A stretch of 64,000 nucleotides of DNA, taken from Eledone cirrhosa (lineage: Eukaryota). This document shows positions 57,627 through 64,000 of the stretch, piece by piece. The translations under genes and the position numbers were made by a program. The DNA lies in NCBI GenBank assembly GCA_964016885.1, contig OZ024743.1, positions 323,330,001 to 323,394,000 of the forward strand, in the 5' to 3' direction. Within the stretch, counting starts at the first letter, position 1. Each line of letters opens with the position of its first letter. The notes beneath the pieces are model-generated. The model did no database searches and was not told the origin of the DNA. It saw only the letters and a program-made list of their open reading frames with translations.

Positions 57627-58959
57627 TTAAAGGTTAAACAAGGTTCAATGAATAAATCAAAGAATTAGTTTTACAATAGATTGGAAGCACTCTACAAAAA
57701 TGGTTTTCCAGAGTTATTAATATTCATTCAAAATATTAACAAAAATAGAACTTCATTGTACATATTATACATATTTCAGAGGTACTGAGCTAACTTCAAC
57801 AGTACGTCCTCATCAGATAAAATAAGATGATGCATGACATACCCTGACATAGTAGATGGTTAAGATCAAGTCATGGTAGTGAGTAAGATATGACAAAACT
57901 CAATATTTATATACCTTAAGATTGATACATGAAAAAACTTACATATAATACATATAATACAGAGGGTGCGTGTAAGAAAGTTTAAAAATACATAACAGTA
58001 ATTTACATAACTGTTAGAGATTCAAATAATTATTGAAGAAAGAGGAGACAAAAAATAAATCGGGGGAAAAATAAATTGGGCACAAAAATCAGAACTAAAT
58101 CAGTTATAAGAGGATGAAAAATAGCATGTTTTCTCTCTCATATTTACAGTTTAAATATGAATTCATAAAATATGATTTTATAAATTAAATATGATAGTAT
58201 ACTTTAATATTAATACAGATATTTATAAACTTTTATAGCCTGAAATATTTACACTTTAATTAATTCATTACTCTGAACTAACTTAAAAGATTTGAAAGTT
58301 AACGGTCAACCGGACACATTTGGATAGTATATATAACTAATTAACTGAGGAAATTAACCCTTATTGACTACACCCAGTTATATTTAGGATTTAGATCGAT
58401 CAATATTTCTAGATAATCCAATAATTTAAGAATTCGAGTTTACTCTATCGCATACCTATGCCCAAATGTATAGTTGTGTATGGATATAGATCATACATAA
58501 CTATACATCCCTGCCTATAATTATAATTATTCCTCTTTGTCTCCCTTTCCTTGATCAATTTTCCTTTGCTCTCTATACCTCTTATAGCTATATTTTCCCC
58601 TCACATGTTTTCTCTCTCTTTTTTCTTTCCTCTTTCTTCAATAATTATTTGAATCTCTAACAGTTATGTAAATTACTGTTATGTATTTTTAAACTTTCTT
58701 ACACGCACCCTCTGTATTATATGTATTATATGTAAGTTTTTTCATGTATCAATCTTAAGGTATATAAATATTAAGTTTTGTCATATCTTACTCACTACCA
58801 TGACTGGATCTTAACCATCTACTATGTCAGGGTATGTCATGCATCATCTTATTTTATCTGATGAGGACGTACTGTTGAAGTTAGCTCAGTACCTCTGAAA
58901 TATGTATAATAAAATATACTTGATCACAATGAAGTTCTATTTTTGTTAATATTTTGAAT
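57627..58959 (-). mobile_element. Penelope-like fold-back element 4 (~320-bp arms, ~580-bp spacer)
   Basis: Inverted repeat 57726-58046 / 58628-58959 with hammerhead motif. Confidence 0.75.
58850..58916 (+). ncRNA. Type I hammerhead ribozyme motif
   Basis: TATTTTAT-CTGATGA-GGACGTACTG/CAGTACCTCT-GAAA-TATGTA-TA|ATAAAATA: canonical core, 8-bp stem I. Confidence 0.8.
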
Positions 58960-58999
58960 AAATATATATATATATATACATACATACATATAAACATTC

Positions 59000-59030
<31 letters not shown>

Positions 59031-59097
59031 TACATATAAACATTCATATATATATATATATATATACATACATATAAACATTCATATATATATATAT

Positions 59098-59240
59098 ATC
59101 ATCATTTCATTTTACGTCCACTTTTCCCTGCTTGCATTGGTGGGACGGGAACTGATTCTAGCTTGATTTCTACAGCTGGATGCCCTTCCTCACACCAACC
59201 TCATTTTCAGTGAGTGCTGGGTGCTTTTTTGCCGTGGCAC
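59098..59240 (-). mobile_element. 5'-truncated SINE family 1
   Basis: Matches the SINE1 3' part. Confidence 0.8.
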
Positions 59241-59629
59241 ATACATACTGGGTCATCAAGTATGAAATTTGTAGAAATTTTTTTTCTACAAATTTCATAC
59301 TTGATGACCGAATAGTAAAGGCGAAAATAATTTTAATAGTTTATTGTCTAATTTTATTTTTGTCACCCCATTTCACAATGTTACTACGTATTTGTTGGGT
59401 GCTTTTATCAGAGGTTTTAAGAATTCCAACTATGTATCTGGTCAGAGGATAGTTGTGCTTCTCTAGTCTTAATAGCTCTGAAAAGGCCACTGCCCTTCCT
59501 ACCATGGAAAAAATATATAAAAAGTAAATTAGAAATAGTAGTGAATTTTCTGTAGCCTAAATTGTATTTATAAGCTAACATGTATAAATATATTATTGAT
59601 ATATTTTTACTTTACAATTTTTACATAAA

Positions 59630-59692
59630 GTGCACCAAAATATTTTTATTTGCTGTAAGTGTACCTTAAGTATAAATGTTTAGGAACCACTG
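59630..59692 (+). mobile_element. Right end of hAT/Charlie-like DNA transposon
   Basis: TTTAGGAACCACTG (revcomp CAGTGGTTCCTAAA) followed by CCTTAGAT. Confidence 0.55.
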
Positions 59693-59943
59693 CCTTAGAT
59701 AAACAACAAAGAACAAATAATTTTATATAATCATGATCAAATGGTTGATATAGTAAAAAGTTTCAATTATATAACTTCTTAGACAATTCATAGAGCTGAG
59801 AGAAATTGCACATATTAACATATAAAATGAATTAAAGATGTTAATGTAACAAAAAAAAAAAAAGAAAACATCAAAAGTCTTAATAGCAGAATCCCAGAAA
59901 TGCCATTTATCTTCATCAATTCAAGTATAGAACCATTACTTAC

Positions 59944-59957
59944 TCTATATTTTACAG
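59944..59957 (-). CDS. Candidate 14-nt micro-exon ((A)VKYR)
   Basis: TTTTGTTGATAG acceptor, perfect GTAAGT donor; links 61384-61409 to 26005-26067 in frame. Confidence 0.35.
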
Positions 59958-60799
59958 CTATCAACAAAACATGTATTATATAAACACTTTTTTTTTTATA
60001 TCATTCATTTTCCAAGATCAAATAATGTATCCAATTAAAGAAAAGAAAAAAACTTTATCAAGTCTGATAACATTATGAATTATATTATGCAAATTACCAA
60101 AGATAACAAAAACGTGCATTTATCTGATATATAAGAAAAGTTAACCTAATTTCTATAAGGCTTTCGCTGGAGTAATATTAATGATAGACCAAACTGTTAA
60201 AAAAAAAGGTTAAATAGTTTGATTAATGAAACAAATATATCAAAAATTCAGTCACAGAATACCAGGCTGGAAAAAATGAAAATTTTACAAGCAAATTTAG
60301 AGAAGTTCCACCACCACCAGCAGTATGGTTTGAATATACAGAATATTCTACGAAGATCATTGGCTTTTCAAGGTAAAGCACCACCACCACCAGCAGCAGT
60401 ATGATTTGGATATAGAGAATATTTTACCAAGAACACTGGCTTTTCAAGGTAAGTGGAAAGTTATTTACTGTTATTTTAATAAGATTACAATAACACTTAG
60501 TTGACCAGCTAATATGAGAGTAAAGCACGTAATATATGAAATAGCTTAGACAAAGTATTTTTGTGCTCCACAGAATTTAAAATGTAAAAACTATTTTCAT
60601 GTTATCTTACATTTTTGTTTTAATGGTGCTATTAACAAAGATTTTTTTTTATCACTTCATACAACTTATAAACCAGGAATTGCAACCAGTAGATAACATT
60701 AGCAATTGGAAAGACTAATGAAAACATTGTTCCCTTGGTCCAAGCTGACAAGTTTCACCCCACTCAGTAAGCGAATGAAGGCTGACATCTTGTTGATTC

Positions 60800-61250
60800 G
60801 GATACATGTAAAATATCAATACAAAATCAAAATCCAGAGCCTTCCCATTCCTGTTGAAGGAACCCCTTCTCACTCCTGTTGGAGGTTGGCCTCCATCGTT
60901 TCTTATCTCTGGCCATATTGGGCCATGTGGGGCTGAGCTATCATCATGCCTTTGGCCGCCCTCTAGTTCTTCTCCATTGACTTGGTGTCCACTGTCACTC
61001 TAATAGTCTACCTATTTTCTCTGAAATGAGAGATGTGGTCAGCCCATCTATGTTTGCCATTCTTGATTGTCTCGATTATGGCATTCACACCTGTCTGCTG
61101 TCAAATCCAGGTGTTACTCTTCCATGTAAGGTGATGCCAAGCACTTTACGTTGGGCCACTGCAAGAGTCTCTATAATGGTGGTGTTGAGTGCCCATGTCT
61201 CACTTCCATAATGACACAAGCAGAACATGTTCATTAAACAGCTTTCTTTT
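60800..61250 (-). mobile_element. Old RTE LINE fragment
   Basis: YGSETWALN remnant at ~61185-61215; degraded. Confidence 0.55.
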
Positions 61251-61383
61251 GGTTTCAATTGTTGATTTGGGCCTTCTAATGATGATGTTATAAACTATCA
61301 TCTAATACCACACTAAAAATAATCCAAGTGTAAGCTATATAAAAAGTATTAATCACTAATAAGTTAAGAATTCAATTAATTAC

Positions 61384-61409
61384 CATTGGGGACTACACTT
61401 ATCATTGCC
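61384..61409 (-). CDS. Candidate 26-nt micro-exon (AMISVVPN)
   Basis: CTTTCTTTTTCAG acceptor, GTAATT donor. Confidence 0.4.
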
Positions 61410-62094
61410 CTGAAAAAGAAAGTTTTTAAAAAACAGAAGCAAGTTAATTTGAGGCATTCACATGATGTAATGTGTTGCTCATATGTTCTGAAGGGCAAAG
61501 TGTGATAGTATCAGTACAAAACTGCAGATTCCGATGAATGACTAGGTATTACAGATTTACAGGAAAATGATCTTCTGAACATGATATAAACTGACAATGA
61601 TCAGAATAAATGTAGTCATCTCATATATGAGAGTAGAGCCTGTAAGAAGTAAGATTCAGTTGGTACATCAGTCTGAGAGCAGAGCCTGTAAGAAGTGCGG
61701 CTCAGCTAGTGTATCAGTCTGGGGCATGCAGAGTCAAGGAGAGATCCATGAATATCTGATGGCCCAACCTCAAAAGAAACATTTCAGTCCTTTTGAATTT
61801 TGAGAGTGGCTTCTATACATCAATCCTGAAAGGAGCTCTCTTACATCAAATCTAAAAGCTACCTTGCAAAATTTCCTCTTAGAGGCCCTGTTTGAGAGCA
61901 GCATCTTTTACTAAGATATATTTAAGATAGTAAGATTTATTTAGGATAGTAAGATAAATTTATACATGCTTCGAGTTAAATCTTCTTTGGATCAAGATGT
62001 AACAATAACAATGTTAATAATATTGAGTTACGTGAAGTTGATAAAGATGCCTTGTTATAGTCCTATATTAAGGAGAGTCCTTTAAATAAATAAC

Positions 62095-62280
62095 TGTTTC
62101 TATTTTAGGCACAAGGCCAGCAATTACCCAGTACATTACTGGTACTTTATTTTATCGACCCCGTAAGGATGAAAGGCAAAGTTAACCTCGGCGGGATTTG
62201 AACTCAGATCATAAAGGGACGTAACTATGCTTCAAAGCATGGTGTCCGACTCTCTACCGATACTGCCAATCCACCTCACC
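62095..62280 (-). mobile_element. tRNA-SINE family 2, near full length
   Basis: - strand TGGCAGTATCGGTAGA A-box-like, GAGTTCAAATCC B-box, core GCCTTTCATCCTTACGGGGTCGATAAAATAAAGTACCAG. Confidence 0.85.
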
Positions 62281-62635
62281 TTTCATTGTCATTATACTCT
62301 ACCAAACTTTACCACCTCAATGATATTTTGACTTGTTGCTTTTGCTTCTTTTAAACATTTGTATTCTTAACTGATTCACAATTTAATTTACTGCTAAATA
62401 TTTCTTCACTGCTTAAATAAACCAACAAGAGAACCTCTATATGACCAGTCAAACTACTAGAAATAACATAATATTCCCCTTGTATCACACCCTATCATCT
62501 TTAAAAAGACACATTGGGTATTATAGCCCTGTATATATTGTGGAACAGCTTTGACTTTAGGTCTGCTGGAGGTAAAAAAAAAACAACCTAACAACCTTCT
62601 ATATTCATATACAGCCTAAAGGCTAAGTTGGTACC

Positions 62636-62772
62636 ATCTCCTCCTGATGTGGAGAAACAGGAAATGGCCTTAGCAACAGATCTCCTCTAAGTGTGGAGAA
62701 ACAGGAGATGGCCTTAGCAACAGATCTCCTCCTCATGTAGAGAAACAAGAGGTGGCCTTAGCAACAGATCTC
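62636..62772. repeat. 44-bp tandem repeat x3
   Basis: GAGAAACAGGA(A/G)ATGGCCTTAGCAACAGATCTC with period 44. Confidence 0.85.
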
Positions 62773-64000
62773 TATACTACTCTGTTCCTGACAGTTTCAT
62801 GTATTATCTAGTCTTTCAGTAGTGGAAACATAATTCAGTAAGGATAAGTTTTCATTTTATCCCGTTACTAGAACATATGGTAATACAGTAGAAAGGGGTG
62901 ATAAATCCTCAGACCACTGCCAGAGCTTCACCTTTGGCTGTCTTATGCAAGTAAGATCTTTGGATATTTGCTGCATTTCTAGGCATCTCTACATGGCAGT
63001 ATTGAAGTTGATAATTAATTGTTTCTACTTTAGGCACAAGGCCAGCAATTGCCCAGTGCATTACTGGTACTTTATTTTATCGACCCCGTAAGGATGAAAG
63101 GCAAAGTCAACCTCAGCGGGATAATTAATAACCTATATTCATAGCTTAAAGTAAAACAATAGTTAACAGCATTTCTGTATCTATCTATTTTAGTTGTCTT
63201 TAATTATATTAGCTATTTTTTTTTTTACAGGGGACATCTTATACATTCCTTTTCCATATTTCATGTTTACTTTTCAGTAATTCTGAGAGTCACTTTTATA
63301 ATAACAAATTGACAGAGTTGTTAGAGTATAGAGCAAAATGCCTTGCAGTATTTTTTCTGAGTTTAAATCCTTTGGGAGTTGATAAAATAAAGTACCAGTC
63401 CAATGGAGAAATGGAGTGGTGGAATTCTTAGAACATAAGACAAGATGCCTTGTGGTATTTGTTCTGAGTTCAAATACTGCCGTGGCCTACTTAGGTGGTT
63501 GACTTTATTCATAAGTCAGGTAAACACCACTCCAACCAGGCTCTTGGGTACCTTTAGCAAAGTCCACTCTGTTGCTAGCTTTAGGACTAGGTTTCCTGTT
63601 TGAGGATACTTTTCTCCCTCCCACCAATCTCAGAAGCCATAAAAAGGAGGATAAGAACTGCCCTTCCTTCCCTGACTCCCTGAACAATAAAAATAAATAT
63701 TCAAGAATATTAATTTATATGGAGCAGAGTCAACAAGGAAATTCTGTAAATAGTAAAAATGGCTAAAGCTGAAATTACTGTTTGCACAAAAATATATTCT
63801 GAAGTCAGAAAGGTGTTAGTTTAGCCTCATCAATTATTGTTTTCTGGACACCACAAAAGATATTAAACAAGCATTGCACTTGTTTATGTTAACTGGAGAC
63901 AAGCATTAATTTAATATCTCCATTTTGAATTTAATAAATCAATTATTCAATTAGTAAAACTTCTCTTTATATATATATATATAATATATATGTGTGTGTG

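Noticed and set aside
63505-63687. - strand ORF with a good acceptor as a further exon of the convergent gene
   Set aside because: Phase incompatible with the 61409 micro-exon at the obvious donor; the sequence resembles decayed repeat

Overview
Eukaryotic, AT-rich and repeat-dominated DNA. The repeat repertoire (giant TA/TACA microsatellites, tRNA-SINEs with (GAT)n tails, RTE LINEs) suggests a cephalopod, probably Octopus; this is inference. (1) On the + strand, six GT-AG exons (7028-22117) splice in frame to the last 315 aa of a furin-2/PCSK5-like type I membrane protein: ~5 furin-like Cys-rich repeats, a TM helix, and a YEKV plus acidic-cluster tail. (2) A probable convergent gene on the - strand has a terminal exon at 26005-26067 and two candidate micro-exons (59944-59957, 61384-61409) flanking a ~34 kb intron. 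(3) That intron is a nest of insertions bracketed by the two ends of an apparent hAT/Charlie element. It holds multi-kb (TA)n arrays, RTE LINEs with a PHD-type finger inside the RT, a CR1-like LINE, a BovB/SR2-like LINE, SINEs, a Helitron/Helentron-like element and a mariner end. (4) The most striking structure is a cluster at 50.9-59.0 kb of four unrelated fold-back elements that look Penelope-like. Three carry type I hammerhead ribozyme motifs, and one encodes a frameshifted GIY-YIG endonuclease missed by the ORF track. All long YI/IY-rich ORFs are microsatellite artefacts.
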